NCBI GenBank assembly: GCA_008632985.1
Contig: QPGO01000076.1
Location: 310,001-374,000 of the forward strand
DNA: 64,000 bases
Reading direction: 5' to 3'
Origin: Psammoneis japonica
Lineage: Eukaryota
Within the stretch, counting starts at the first letter, position 1; each line of letters starts with the position of its first letter. The position numbers were made by a program, and so were the translations under genes. The notes under the pieces are model-generated. The model searched no databases. It saw only the letters and a program-made list of their open reading frames with translations, and was not told where the DNA came from. This document shows positions 48,140 through 60,900 of the stretch, piece after piece.

Positions 48140-49521
48140 ATGGATCATTTGGGCTTACGCATGCTTATTGCTGCGGTGTGTTCCTTTCTTGTATTTACAA
48201 ACGCCATGTATTTCCTTGCCGGGACAGCAGCGGTTGAACGTGATGGTGAAGTGTCAAAACAAGATAAAACCGCCGCCAAGAAAACCAAAGGAACAAGAAG
48301 CGAGTCTTCTGACAATGACTTGAAACTCGTTATCTGTGCTCGTGTGCGGTACGTCAAAGAGCTACACGTAAATATAGCTGCGGCGCTAATTTGCTACGCT
48401 TTCAGAGTCCGATGTTCCTCACGTATATTTGTCCCGTTCTCGTCTATTTTATAAACAGAAACGAGGCCCCATATCTTGAAGAGTGGATCGAACATCACCG
48501 AATGATTGGCTTTGACTCTTTTTTGCTGCTCAATCACGAAAGCTCGGATTCGACACAGTGTGTTTTAGACTCGTATGCAGAGCAAGGCATTGTGACTCGG
48601 CTTCCCGACGACATTGACAAGGACAGCTACCACAGTGGTGGAGAAAGCGCCGTCTTTACCTCATGTGCCAATCATTTGTTGAAACAAAAAGAGGCGAATC
48701 GGACGTGGATGTTGACTCAAGATCCGGACGAATTTGTTTGGTTTAACGTAAGGTTTGGTGTTCCAACCATCAAGCATGCTGTGTGGTTGATGCTAAAATC
48801 CAACAGTTTGACAAGGAGCGTGCGTATTCCTAGACTTACGTTTGGCGCTTCTGGTCAAGAGAAGTATGAAAATGAAATGGTGATGAAACGCTTTACTCGT
48901 CGTTTCGAGGTTAAGAATTGCCCTCGTGGTGGCAAGCACCAACAGCATCGACGATTGTTTAACAAAACCGCACCGAATTCGTACTGCGAAACGCACCATA
49001 CTCGACATTCCTTTGACAATACCAAGAGTATGACTTTGGTGACAGAAATGGCACTGAAATGCCGTCGTCTTGAGACCAAGCGAAAAAAGACGAAAATGAG
49101 CAGAGCCAAGTGCCACAATCCTCACAGACACAAACTGGCCGATGATGTATCGACCAAAATCGCAACCTTTACCGACGGCAAACAAGAGGCTTCCGATCCA
49201 AGGTATCTTGATGAAAAGGTTGTTGGAGACGATATACAGATATTTCATTATAGGACCAAGAGTCGACAAGAATTTTATGAACGAACCTGTGCATCCGAAT
49301 TCGTGGACAAGTTTCGTCGATGCAAGGGCTGCTCACCGGCGAGCTACTTTGACTTGTTCCAAACCTACGCCAACAACTACCAAGATGATCGAATGCTTCA
49401 CTTTGCCCAAGCCCTTGAACAACAAATGGCATCTGAACCGAGTATCGTGTCTCATTGTGATACAAGGCCACGAAAAGTGTCTCGTCAATTCATAAAAAAG
49501 TGCTTGAAGCCGCAGAAATAG
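48140..49521 (+). CDS. Glycosyltransferase, GT92/GT2-like (exons 48140-48348, 48459-49521)
   Basis: Type II TM anchor. ICARVR|NEAPYLEEWIEHH..IGFD..L...S.D, DPDEF (DxD), IFHYRTKS. Confidence 0.85.
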
Positions 49522-49689
49522 CGCGCCACGAGTAGTAGCATGATCGTCATTCCCTTTAGTTAGTAAGCTTGCTGTCCTTCGTCTTGGAGTACTATTTCTA
49601 AAGCAAGCAAGATGACACATTTTAGTATAAATTAAACTAAACCACGTTACGCCCTGCCATGTTTATGATACACCCGAAGTGAGAGGGGA

Positions 49690-49860
49690 GCCTCGCTCTA
49701 CTCTACTCTCTACCGTACCGTAGCTAGTAGAGTAAAGGGTAGAGAATACCTTTAGCTACTAGCTAGTAGGATGGCCTAATAAGTACTAGCTAGAGTAGCT
49801 AGCTCTACTCTAGCTAGAGTAGAGACTAGCTAGCTAGGCTCTAGAGTAGATAGAGAGTTC
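49690..49860. repeat. CTAG/TAG-rich low-complexity tract
   Basis: Dense TAGCTAG, CTCTAC and GTAGAG units, e.g. TACTAGCTAGAGTAGCTAGCTCTACTCTAGCTAGAGTAGAG. Confidence 0.8.
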
Positions 49861-50409
49861 TCGTTAGATGAGCTCATATCCTGAATTCGATTCGGGTTGG
49901 TCGGATAGATCGGGGTGATGTGTGAACGTTCCCATCCAAGCGCCGACAGACTTCAACTTGGCGTAGATTCTACGTGGAACCAATACTGACGCAAGTTGAT
50001 GGAGCAGTGACGCGTGGAGCCGCACAAATTCGTAGAGTAGAAAAAACGACAAACGAAAAAAGCAACGAGTGATTGCTGCTGTTGTTCTTGAATCTCCTTT
50101 ATTTCTTCGAGAGAGCGCAACAACAAGTGTGACGTGAGCATCAAACTCTATTGCTGCTCCTTTGACCATTTAGTTTTAGATCTTGAATTAATTTTGTGGG
50201 TTAAATTACCGTGAATCCCCGACGTCTTTCATCTTTCGACGGTATGTACAGAAAACGGGTGTTTTTGTTTGATGGCTCGAGAAAGACGAGTGAAGCAGGA
50301 GAAAAAATCGGAGGCTGCTGAACTGAACGTGTTGAAACTCACTAGTTCTTTGTTCACTCATTTACGTTGTTGATGCTTGCAGTACGAAAGTAAATAATCA
50401 CATTACAAA

Positions 50410-53400
50410 ATGAAGTTTCACTCGGCAGCCCTCGCTACGTTGGTGGCCGCAACAGCTTCGAATGAAGTGGCTAGTTTCGCCATGCTACCGTCTCCTACAA
50501 AAATGGGCAGTGCGTTTGTTCCACGCACAGTCCTTTCCGCTACAGTTTCGTCTACGCCTCCTCCTACTCGAGGATCCATGAGCATGTTTTCACTCGCGGG
50601 TGGTGGTATCGAAGAGCTTCAGACACTGGTCGACGCATCTCCCAAGGTGACAAAGCAAATTGTTGTGAAATCTCCAAAAATGTGGAAAATTGCAGGCCTG
50701 GCCACGATTCCAGTGTCTGCCGCCTTGGGCTTTGGATTGGTCCCCGCCTCGGGGATTGCAGCCAACACGGTAGGTGCCATGGTATCGGGTATTGCGGGCG
50801 CCGTGGGCAAGTCGAAAATGGATGAAATGGCAGAGACGGCTGCGAAACCGGCACTTGCGCAAGTTTTGATTGACAATGGTGTCGATGAGCCATCTGTTAC
50901 ACACGAGGCTGTCCTACAAGTCCAACAAGACTATGGAGTCTTGGAGGAAGACTTTACGGCCTTGTGCACAGACATTTACGCAAAATACCTATTGGGCATG
51001 GTGAAACACAATATGGAACCTAGCACACGGGAACTCAAGGAACTGGATAAGCTCAAGCAGTGTCTTGGCTTGGAGAATCTTGCCGTCGGTGAGGCCCATG
51101 CCGCTGCTGCGGCTGAATGGTACAGAACCACCACTCTTGTAACTCCCGAGGAAGAGTTGGACGACCCAGAGCATCCTGATCGTGTTGCCATGGACAAGAT
51201 GCTGTTCCTCACGGAAGGAGTTTTGCGACAGGGAGGCGAGACACAAGAAGCGTTTACGTATGAAATGACTAGAGTGGCCAAGGCAATGAATCTTTCTCTG
51301 TTGACTGCAATGGATCATGTTTCGGACGTGACTGAACCGTTTTACATGAAGGCCCTCAAGTCTGTTCGGGCAAAGCTGGACAGCGACAAGGTTTCGCCAG
51401 AAATGCTACAGCGTGCCCGCAACACCTTGGGCTTGTCGGAAAGTACAGCAAAAGACCTGCACATTAGTGCTCTCAACGACGATGTCAGAGAACTTTTAGG
51501 AAAAGTCGACAAGGATGGAAACGAGGTCAAGACCGAGGATATGGATGACTTGAAATTCTCACAAGATGCGATTGAGCGCGTAAGTTTGGTGCCTTGCATG
51601 TTCTTCGTTTCATACGTTGTGTATTGATATGTCCTTATTCTTTCGCCGTTTGGACTACTCTTTCTCTTACAGCTTGCAAGACTCTCCCAAGTTTTCGGAT
51701 TGTCTGAAGCTGACGTTGAGTACGAAGTCACGGTTGAAGCGACGCCTCTATTCCAACAGACTGCTCTGGCTGCCATGAAGGACGTCCTGGCCGGAAGCAA
51801 GACCCCCGATGAAGCCTGGACTCTATTGGAAAAACGCCGCGAGGAACTCTTGTTGATGGAGAGCAGCTCAAAGGATTTGTTGAGCTCCATGGTAATGCAG
51901 GCTCTTGGTGGTCCTCTCGAGGAAACCAACAAGTTTGCCAAGGTCAACAACGAGGCCGCGACCTATGAACACTTGTTGGAAGCGCTCGAGGCAAAGGAAG
52001 CTCTTATTGCTGTCTTGTCGAAAAGTGGCTTTGACGAGTTTGAAAAGTTTGACGAGACCTTTTGTGATCCCCGGAACAAAAATTCTGCTTGTGGATTCCT
52101 GGAAGACACGGAACGTCTCAAAATGTATAAGATCTTTTTGATCAGGACCGTACGTAAGAGCGAGGATGGTAAGCTCACCAAGGAAATGTACGATAAGGTC
52201 ATGGAGGTGAAGGGCTTGCTGGGAATTACCGATGCCGAAGCTGAGAATGAAGCCAGAACCTCCTTTGGACCTGAATTGCAAAAGGCGATGAAGACGGCCA
52301 TGGCTGAGATTCTAGATGATTACACTCCAGAGCTTGCCAAAAACCTCAAGAAGAACATTGAGGAAGTAATGGACAGCTACAAGCTATCGACCCAGTTTTT
52401 GGAAGAAATTGGTAGTGGTTTGTACGCAAAGGCTGTTGCTATTGTTAGCGAGAAGGTACGTGCACAAGATTTCCTGGAGAGCACATACATTTTTTCTGAG
52501 TTGTCGTTGGGTTTTGCTCACATGCGCTCATGTTCGAATATATAGACCCCGGCTGGGGTTCCAACGGAAGAGCAGAACGCTGCTCTTGATGCCTTGCGAT
52601 CGTTGTTTCAGTTGGAGAAGGAGGACACCTACGCCGCTCACATTAATTCCTTCGCCCCGGTATACAAAAAGAGCGTTTTGGAATCCATGGGCAGCACGGG
52701 CGTGATTCTCCCTGAGTTCAGAAAGCCGTTGGAAGAGCTCCGTGACAGACTTGGTGTTTCAGAAGAATCGACAAAGAGTATTTTCTTGGATGCAGTCCGA
52801 GAAAAGATGGTGCCAATGGTTGAATGGATTGCAAGTGAGCTGGAGCGAACTATGCTTACGCAACAACAACTCTCACATCGACGCAAGAAGGATATGGGCG
52901 AAGATCTCTTCCAAACTGGCAAGGGCGCAACGGTAAGGATGTTGAAGCGTTCACTTGCAGAGATTTTACGACTGTTAGATATACCCATTAACGTTCGTCG
53001 CCCTTTATTCTTTCTTCTTCTTGACAGGGGGTTCTTGGTCTTGGCGCGGAGGCAAACATTATGAGTGATATTATGAATCTTGTTGACTTCTACTTGGAGA
53101 ATGATATTTGCGAGCAAAAGGAGGTTGGAACAAAGACTTTCGAAAAGAGAATCCCTGCCGAGGAGGAGGACGGCGAGGACGAAATTGTCGAGGAAGAAGT
53201 GCCCGTGTTTGAAACGACTTATCCTGTGACGGCTCTCGGCGAAGATTGCATTGACAATGAGATTGCCGAATTGCTTTATCGTCAGTTTGTAGTAGGAGGC
53301 TTCACAACGCAGGGTCCACAGGGAGAGCGATACGAGGGTGCCAAGGCCACCTTTGGTGGAATCTTGGGATTGACGAGCGAAAAGATGGAAGAGATTGGCA

Positions 53401-54092
53401 GCAACATTGGAAGCACGGTTTACGACAACTTTGTAACCAACGCCATGAAGACCAAGGGTGAAATGGACCAACAGGACTTGATGTTCTTGGCCAATATCCA
53501 GTCCAAACTCGGTCTCTCGTCAGAGCAGGGCGAGAAAATGTTGATGGCTTCTCAACGAAAGGTTCTGAGCGAAGAAGTCGATGCGCTCATGGACGAGCCT
53601 ACCCCACAAGGCGTCAAGGCCTTCCGTGAAAAGTGCAATTCCATTGGCATGAGTCTTTCGGAGGACGTTGGTATTTCCAAGACGCGCTTGTCCCGCATGT
53701 TCGAAGCCGAAGTCATTCCTCCACTCAAGTCGGGTGAGGTTTCTACCGAGAATGGCGGTGAGTTGGTGCGAGAAGTCCAAGAGAGTCTTGGACTAGAGCA
53801 AGAAGAAACAGAGCGATTGTTTGAAGGCATGTTGATGAAACTCTCCAGCACGGCGTATGACTTGATCAAGGGTGAATTGATGCGTGGCCGTCAAGACACA
53901 GCGGTTGAACCAATCAAAGAATTGGTCCGCTATGCCGCCTTTGTGGAGGGCGATCTTGACTTGGACGTGCCGGAAGCACTTGCGAACCAAATTTACAACG
54001 TATACGATGCACTGGACTTTAGTGACCAAGACAGCGAAACCGTAGAAGCAAACAAGGAGTTGCTCAAAACCACGCTGGGACTGTCATCATGA
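50410..54092 (+). CDS. TIC110: Plastid inner-envelope translocon subunit Tic110-like (exons 50410-51579, 51673-52455, 52546-52932, 53028-54092)
   Basis: ~1134 aa after three phase-0 GT-AG introns. Signal peptide plus VAS-F motif, two N-terminal Gly/Ala-rich TM helices, long helical LGL-repeat body. Confidence 0.75.
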
Positions 54093-54720
54093 AACTAAGG
54101 GGGAGAACAGTACTTTATTTTGTAGAGAGATTAGCAAGAGTTTTAATAGCTTATATCTGTGATTTATATAGTTTACTAGGCCTGTACACTGCAGTTTTAG
54201 GGCTATTCTTGCCCGTCCGCGCCCATGTGAAACCTTACCATTTTTACCAATGATGTGGTTTAGTAAGAGCAAAAGATTGACTCGGACGACTGAAACTGCG
54301 ACATGCGCGACCGCCGATTGATAATGTACGGCAAACTACGTAGATTTCTACGGTGGACGATCAAGTCTGAGCTTTTCGTTCTCATTTCTCATTCTGCAAA
54401 CGTCTTATTGTTTCTTGTTGTTGGTTGTTACCTTCGTTGAGCATCCCCATAAGCGCAACGATACACTTATTCTATCGCCATTGATAACATAAGCCTTTTT
54501 GGGTGATACGCGGGGTCTGCTTTTTGTTTACTTTTGTGAATGCGAAAATTACCGAAAGCTTGGGAATACCGGTACAGCTATCACGGACAAGAACTCACGT
54601 AAAAGTCTGAGTTAAAGAAGATCGGATCAAACACCTCGGTTTCTTACGTGCAGAGAGAGCGCTTTATTGAACGATTCTGTCTTTATCTGATATAGAGACA
54701 GAGACGCGGAGAGTACTAAA

Positions 54721-55170
54721 ATGAGTTTTTCCAATCATCCTCTGCAACCACCCGCGAAAAGACCTCGAAGCACGCACTCTTTTCATCCCAACAAGAACAA
54801 CACGTCCAAGCGCCCTCGAGATTCCGCTGCCGTCGAAGACGACCCGAGCCACTCATTCAAGAGAATGCGTATCGAAGAATATGCTTCTGTTACAGCAGTA
54901 CGAGATGATGAACACAACATGATGATTGACGAAAACGAAGAGCAGCACCACCGACAACAAGTTCCGGGACAAGACACGAGCTCGGATCATAGCAAGCCTG
55001 CATCAACAAAGGTAGAAGAACCCAATAAAACGCCCGTAAAGGATTACTCCCAAGTCAATCACGTGTTGGGTAGTTTGCACCAAGAACGAATGCGACGACA
55101 AGAGCGAGGAGATGCGAAAACAAAGAAGCGTCACGTCAAGAAGCTGCCCAGTAATTCTCAATTGTATTGA
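54721..55170 (+). CDS. Small hypothetical, likely nuclear, protein
   Basis: 149-aa ORF with PAKRPR/SKRPR NLS-like motifs and a C-terminal YSQVNHVLGSLHQER helix. Confidence 0.6.
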   Translation: MSFSNHPLQPPAKRPRSTHSFHPNKNNTSKRPRDSAAVEDDPSHSFKRMRIEEYASVTAVRDDEHNMMIDENEEQHHRQQVPGQDTSSDHSKPASTKVEEPNKTPVKDYSQVNHVLGSLHQERMRRQERGDAKTKKRHVKKLPSNSQLY

Positions 55171-55703
55171 ACGCCATTACGGAAGAACGCGCAAGCACGC
55201 CGCTTTGAATACGGTAGCTATAGTCTAGAGACATCTTCAAACTGTACGTAGCGACTACCTGATAGGCCTAGAGTCAGATATGTAGTTTCAGATCTGCCAG
55301 AAAAAGGTTTTGCGAAAGGATATGCCAGCTGTTGCGGATGAACTTTCCGGAGGATACTGATCACAGCACGCTCTCTAGTTGCGGTGACTCTTGAGAGACT
55401 TGCATTTAGGCCGGCTTTTATTTACCAAGAAGCACGTTTGAGCGCTCGAATGATGTCTCTCTAGTCAGCACGCATAAGTAGCCCGGTGTTGAGTGACATG
55501 GTCGTGCGCAACTTCGAATGCCAGGGCCAGCGAAATGTTATAAGGATACAGCTTGAGAACGCAAGAAGAAATGATCTTTGCTTTTATGTATTGTGTTTCT
55601 GTGTATAACATGACTAGCATTGTTCTTGCGCAGTGTTTATTCATTTTCTCATTCTCCCTTTCACCATGCAGTGATGGCCTTTGCAATCACACATGGCAAT
55701 CTC

Positions 55704-56887
55704 TCAAAAGTCCTCAGTGACTGTAATGCAGCGAGTGTTCACAGCATCCTTTAAGTAGAAGAGGAAGTCGTCACACTCGTTCTCTGCAACATTCTCAGTC
55801 CCATCATTGGAGCACAGCGATAAATCCAAGGTGTTGATGTCGTCGTACAGAAAAGTGCCCGCTGCGCCCCCCTCAAACGCCATGTTCTGCTCAAACACAC
55901 TCTCCGCAATAGTCAATCGAGGCATTTGCCCTATCGTAGTCGCCAAATACCCACCGCCGAAACTCGCAGTGTTCTCTTCAAAGGATGTTTTGTATATGGA
56001 AATACGCTGTCCCGCCGTGAGAGATGTCGGTGAGGTAAGGGTTGTCAGGAGACCTCCTCCGCCAGTGCCAGAAGCGTTGTTACCAAAAAACTCACTAGAC
56101 GTAATGACAACATCCAAGGCATCCTCCACATACACACCTCCACCTCCTGGAGCATCGCCTTCGGCAAACCTGCTCTTGTCTACCAAAACACCGCCGGTTG
56201 TCCGAATAAACAAGTTTCCACCACTTAATTGGTGTTGGCCTCTTTCAAATCTACATTCTAAAATACGATGCGTACCGCTGGAGATGATTTCGACATTTCC
56301 TCCGCCTCGTCCTTCCCCAGTGCTACCTCCTCGAATGTCCATCTTGGCCATTGTAAAGTCTTGACCCGTTACGACAAGATTCCGATCCGAAGACGTTGTG
56401 CTGCTCTCTATGATGCAATTCTCCGATTCGCAGCACAAGTAAATGCCAGACTGAGTAACACGGACGGCGAAAGGAGTAGTGATTGTGTTTGATCCGCAGA
56501 GAGAAACAACCGAATTTGGGCCTGCTCTATCCAGCTCCGTCTGAAGGCTCGCGAAGTTCGAGACACAAGCTCCCGTTGTTGGCGTGCAGGCCGGGACAGG
56601 AGTTGGAGCGGCGGAGGTCCACAATTTGGGACTGATACACTCATCATTCCAACATTCTCTAAGAGTCTTTGCCAAAAGACATCGTTTTCGTCATGGTTGA
56701 TATCCCTCTCGTCATCCTGTTCGAAAGTGTTACGGAGCATGGAAGAAACAGCTTTCTTTCCACTGTTCCGCCTTGAAGGGATGTTGTTTTGTCGCATGTC
56801 ACCATCACTGAGCGCCAAGATCATCCCCAGGAGAAGCCTTACCGGTAAGCAAAGAGCAAACCCCGTCATTGTAGCGGAATGTTGCAT
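55704..56887 (-). CDS. Secreted beta-helix (Pmp-like GGxI/FxxN repeat) protein with one frameshift near 56625
   Basis: Signal-like N-terminus and FWQRLL..MS propeptide in one frame. PTP linker and GGG-V/FxxN repeats in the adjacent frame. Confidence 0.65.
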
Positions 56888-57980
56888 GTGATGTTGCGAT
56901 CTGGATTGTTCGCAGAAAAATGTGAGCAAGCGATACCTTTTCAGTTGAAATTCAAAATATCGTTGTTAAGTACACATTTTATATGTACCGTATATTAGCA
57001 ATTTCTATTTCAATTTAATAAAGAATTAATAATTATATTAACGGTTGATAATCATACAGTCATGACCATTGATCCTCGCACCACTTTAGAGCGAGGATGG
57101 TTGCAGTAAACGACGAGGGATGGAGGCGGGGGCATCCCTCCTTCTTCCTTCTCAGTTGGTAAGCTCATGCACTTGGAAACCACATGCAGTGAGAAAGTGG
57201 TGCATACGTGTGAGTTCATGTTGGGAAATCCTCTCTCAGGTTTGTGGGGTGAGAAAAAAGTGGCGCAGAGCAGGAGACAGCAGCAAGAGCACACACACCA
57301 CCACCACCACAACAGGAGCACACTTCCAAAGTGTTGTGTGTGTGGGCAGTTGTGTCATCCAAGAAGTGCATCACAACCAACAAAATCTTTTTGGATGGTG
57401 GTGTGCACCACACCTTGCAGTGCTGCACAAAATGCCACCAAAAATTCTTGCCTTGTTGTTTGAAGTGCTCATCATCATTCCTTCATCTGACTCAGCCCAC
57501 TCTCTGTGGTCAAAATCCTTTGACAACTTGAGGCCCTGCCCTTTTGGCTTGGTCAGTCTTGCAAGGGACAATTGTGCTGGTGGCCTCACAGAGTCACATG
57601 GAGCAAAAGATCATGGGGGGAGGGGGGGGCGGGCAGGCTGCTCCTGGTTGTGGGAAGCGTTGGTCGTGGGGGGGAAGGAGGGCTCATCAACGGCCACCAC
57701 TGCTGCCGTGTGTGCTGCGGCATCCTGCAAAAAACACTTTCCTTCCAGTTTGTGATGCACTCTGGTCCCCCCCCCAACCCACTGACAGGGTGAATCCTTT
57801 GACGACATCGTGGGTGACTTGCTCCTCATGTGCCACAGAGCTTCTGTGTGTGTGTGTGTTGGAACCTTCCAGCAGTGCAGCAAAAGGCAGCATCTGCAGT
57901 GGCCAAAAATCCCCCCCCCCCCCTCTTTTCCCTCTTCTCTTTCTTCTTGTCTTTGTCAGCCTGTCTGTCTGCATGTCACG

Positions 57981-60900
57981 TGATGGACAGACTGGATGTG
58001 GATGATGGCTGGACCATTCAGACAGACGAGAGCAGATCTCTCTGAGATCTGCTTCTCACTTTCTCATCTGCTGGTGCTCGTGTCATCACAGTCCTGGCAC
58101 TTCAGGGAGTCTTTCATGCCTCTGTCACCATTGACCTTCGGCATTCTGTCAGGTCATGGCCGCGTGCTGTGCCACAGACCTGTGCGCCAAGCTTTCTGTT
58201 TCGATTCATTTCTTTTGTGAGCCGATCGAGCGAGCCTCATCGTCTGATCTGACAACTTTTTGTCTCGCTTTCCCGGCATTTTTCATGACCGTAGAAACAC
58301 ACCAGATTTCTGCGCGTGCATGACCAAAAATGGCTCCACCAACTAAAACCATGGTGTCTTCCGACCCCACAAAGCCCACTCTTCCGTCCATTGCAGAGAT
58401 CTGCTGTGAGTTCGAGGCACACACAACGATGCCACATCTACATGGCTGCCTGGGTGCGATTTGTGCGGACTCCACAACTGATCTCGACCCGTTCTTTGAC
58501 GATCCAGAGCGCGTGCAACCCAAGAAAGATTTTGCGGACATGCTTCGTGATCACTTCATCCACGAACGGAAAAGTTGCTCTTCAGAGCTCCCTCGTCCCT
58601 TGCAACCATGGATTCCGTCACTGTGTTGATGCATCCAATTGCATCATCCTCAACGATGGCACCCTTTTCATCATGAGCTTGACTCCTGACCAGAAAATGT
58701 TGTTCAGGGAACCTCCTGCATGTCACGACGACTCTCCCCCTGGGATGCGAGCATGGTGCCAAAATTTCCAACGTCATGCCTTTGATTCAGGATGCCACAT
58801 GCATCCATTGTGGTGTTTTGCTGAGGACCACGGTGGTGTGAAAGGTTTCGAGATCGGAAACGGCAAGGATGATGACTTGCCTCAATGCATGTGCGTCCAC
58901 TGCAAGGAAGCTGAGAGCTCTCTCCACAAAATCTCATCCAAGTCGGGTGTGTTCCCCAAGAACAGCAAATGTCATCGGATTGTTGCATCATGCTGCGGCA
59001 ATGGACACAAGGCTCTCAAGCAGATTGTCTGTGAGAATCATCCTGCTTTCGACCACGATGCTGCTGGACTGGTTGACTCCCATCCTGTCCAAGGCAATCG
59101 ATCATTGACAGACTGCCACATGATCTTCAATGATTTCCCACAGCTGCATGCCTGCATTTTTGATGCGGACTCTACGTTGAACGATCCACGGGAGATGACT
59201 GTCTTTGTCAAGAACACCAAGCACTCCAAGTTCTCATCTCGTGCCACCAGAGATGAGACGCGTTCCAGCCCTAGGTGGGAGCTCGTAGCACTGACGTGTG
59301 ACAACAATAATTTTTATCATCCGTCGTATGTTTCGTACGTAGATTTCTACGTGTGATATTTAAAAAAAAATTGTCCAGACTCGCTGTTTTGCGAAGCCCC
59401 AGACGTTTTATATAACAAATTTATAGAAACAATAATGCGCCAGTTACATTCTTCAATGTCTGAAGAATGTAACTGGCTAAGTAAAAAATGATGTACTTCA
59501 ATCATGTGCGAGTTTGTGCGTTCGCAAAATTGCCTCATTTTCTGTTGGCGATCATTGACATTTTAATTACCGTATAATTTTACTACGGAGCTCGCACGTA
59601 GAAGTCTGCGGGCCCAATGTCACACGGATTCCCACCTACGTCTGGAACGCGTCATGAACGGAAGTCTCCAGCTGTGCAGAAGAAGTGCACAGATGCACAG
59701 ATTGTCGAGACTCTCTCTGATTTCCTCTGCCAACCGGACAGTCCATCCTTTGCCACTCGTGCGACGCAATCCAATCCCCGCCGCACATGGAATCGAGCAG
59801 CTGAGGATGCGCGACGCACGGCTGTCAATGTCAGTGCTCTCCAGATCCCTGAGACATCTCTTCCTGAACCAGTCGATGACTCCACCACTGAAGACACTGG
59901 TGCGGAATCTCCACCTCTGGACACCTTTGATGCTTTTTGTGACGAATTGCATGAACTCGAGATCCCTTCTACGGACGAAGATCGACTTCTGCACCATGCA
60001 TGTTTGGCTTCAGTTTGCAAACTGAAAGTTGCTCCGAATGAAGCCTCCAAGAAACCATGTCTTGTCTGCTCCGGAGAGCATTTGTTTGATGACTGTCCGG
60101 CCCTGAAGAACAACCCACACATCAAGGGATTTCACATCCATTTTTGTCAATTCTTAAAGAGGGAAGCAGCTGTGCGTGCTTCTGAGTTCCAAGGATCCAA
60201 GGTCTGCTCCCACCTCATCATGAAAACCTGAAAATCCGCCCAGATCTGGTGCTCCGCCCTCGGATTTTCAATCGGGCCGTCGCAGCTAGTTTCGGATCTC
60301 CGACACTGCCCGTTTTTCTCCTCACCGAGACAAGACTGATGTCAGCGGGATGACCTTGAAAGAGGGACCAACCGTCTCGTCATCTGCCACTGAAGTGCCT
60401 CTTTCTTCACAGATTGACATGGATGCCACCCCTTCCACTGCCACGAAGGTGTCATTTGATGCCAGCAAGTTACCAGATGATGACCCTGCTCCCATGGAAG
60501 ACACCGTCGATGCTGCTTGTGCTCCGGATCCTTTGGAACAGGGGAGGGAAGACCCAGAAACACCGGATTTTGAGGAACACATTGACCTCACCTGCAATGA
60601 CATGGCTGTTGAAGATGGTTTTGCTGCCATCAATTCTGTTCGTGTCACTCCGATCGATCCACACCAAGCGAGTCACTCTCCTGAGCCGGAACTGTTGCGC
60701 TCAACTTGTTCTGTCAATGGGGCAAATTTTGCTCCGAATGAGTGTTGTGCTCAGTTGGATGCTGGTGCTGATGTTGCATGTGCAGCGACCGTGACCTTCT
60801 CCACCGACACCAAGAATTCACTCCGTCCCATCCCTGTCCCCTTGCTGTCAATCCGGCCCTTGGCCATCAAGCTGTCCCAGTTGGGTTCGGATGTCTTCGC

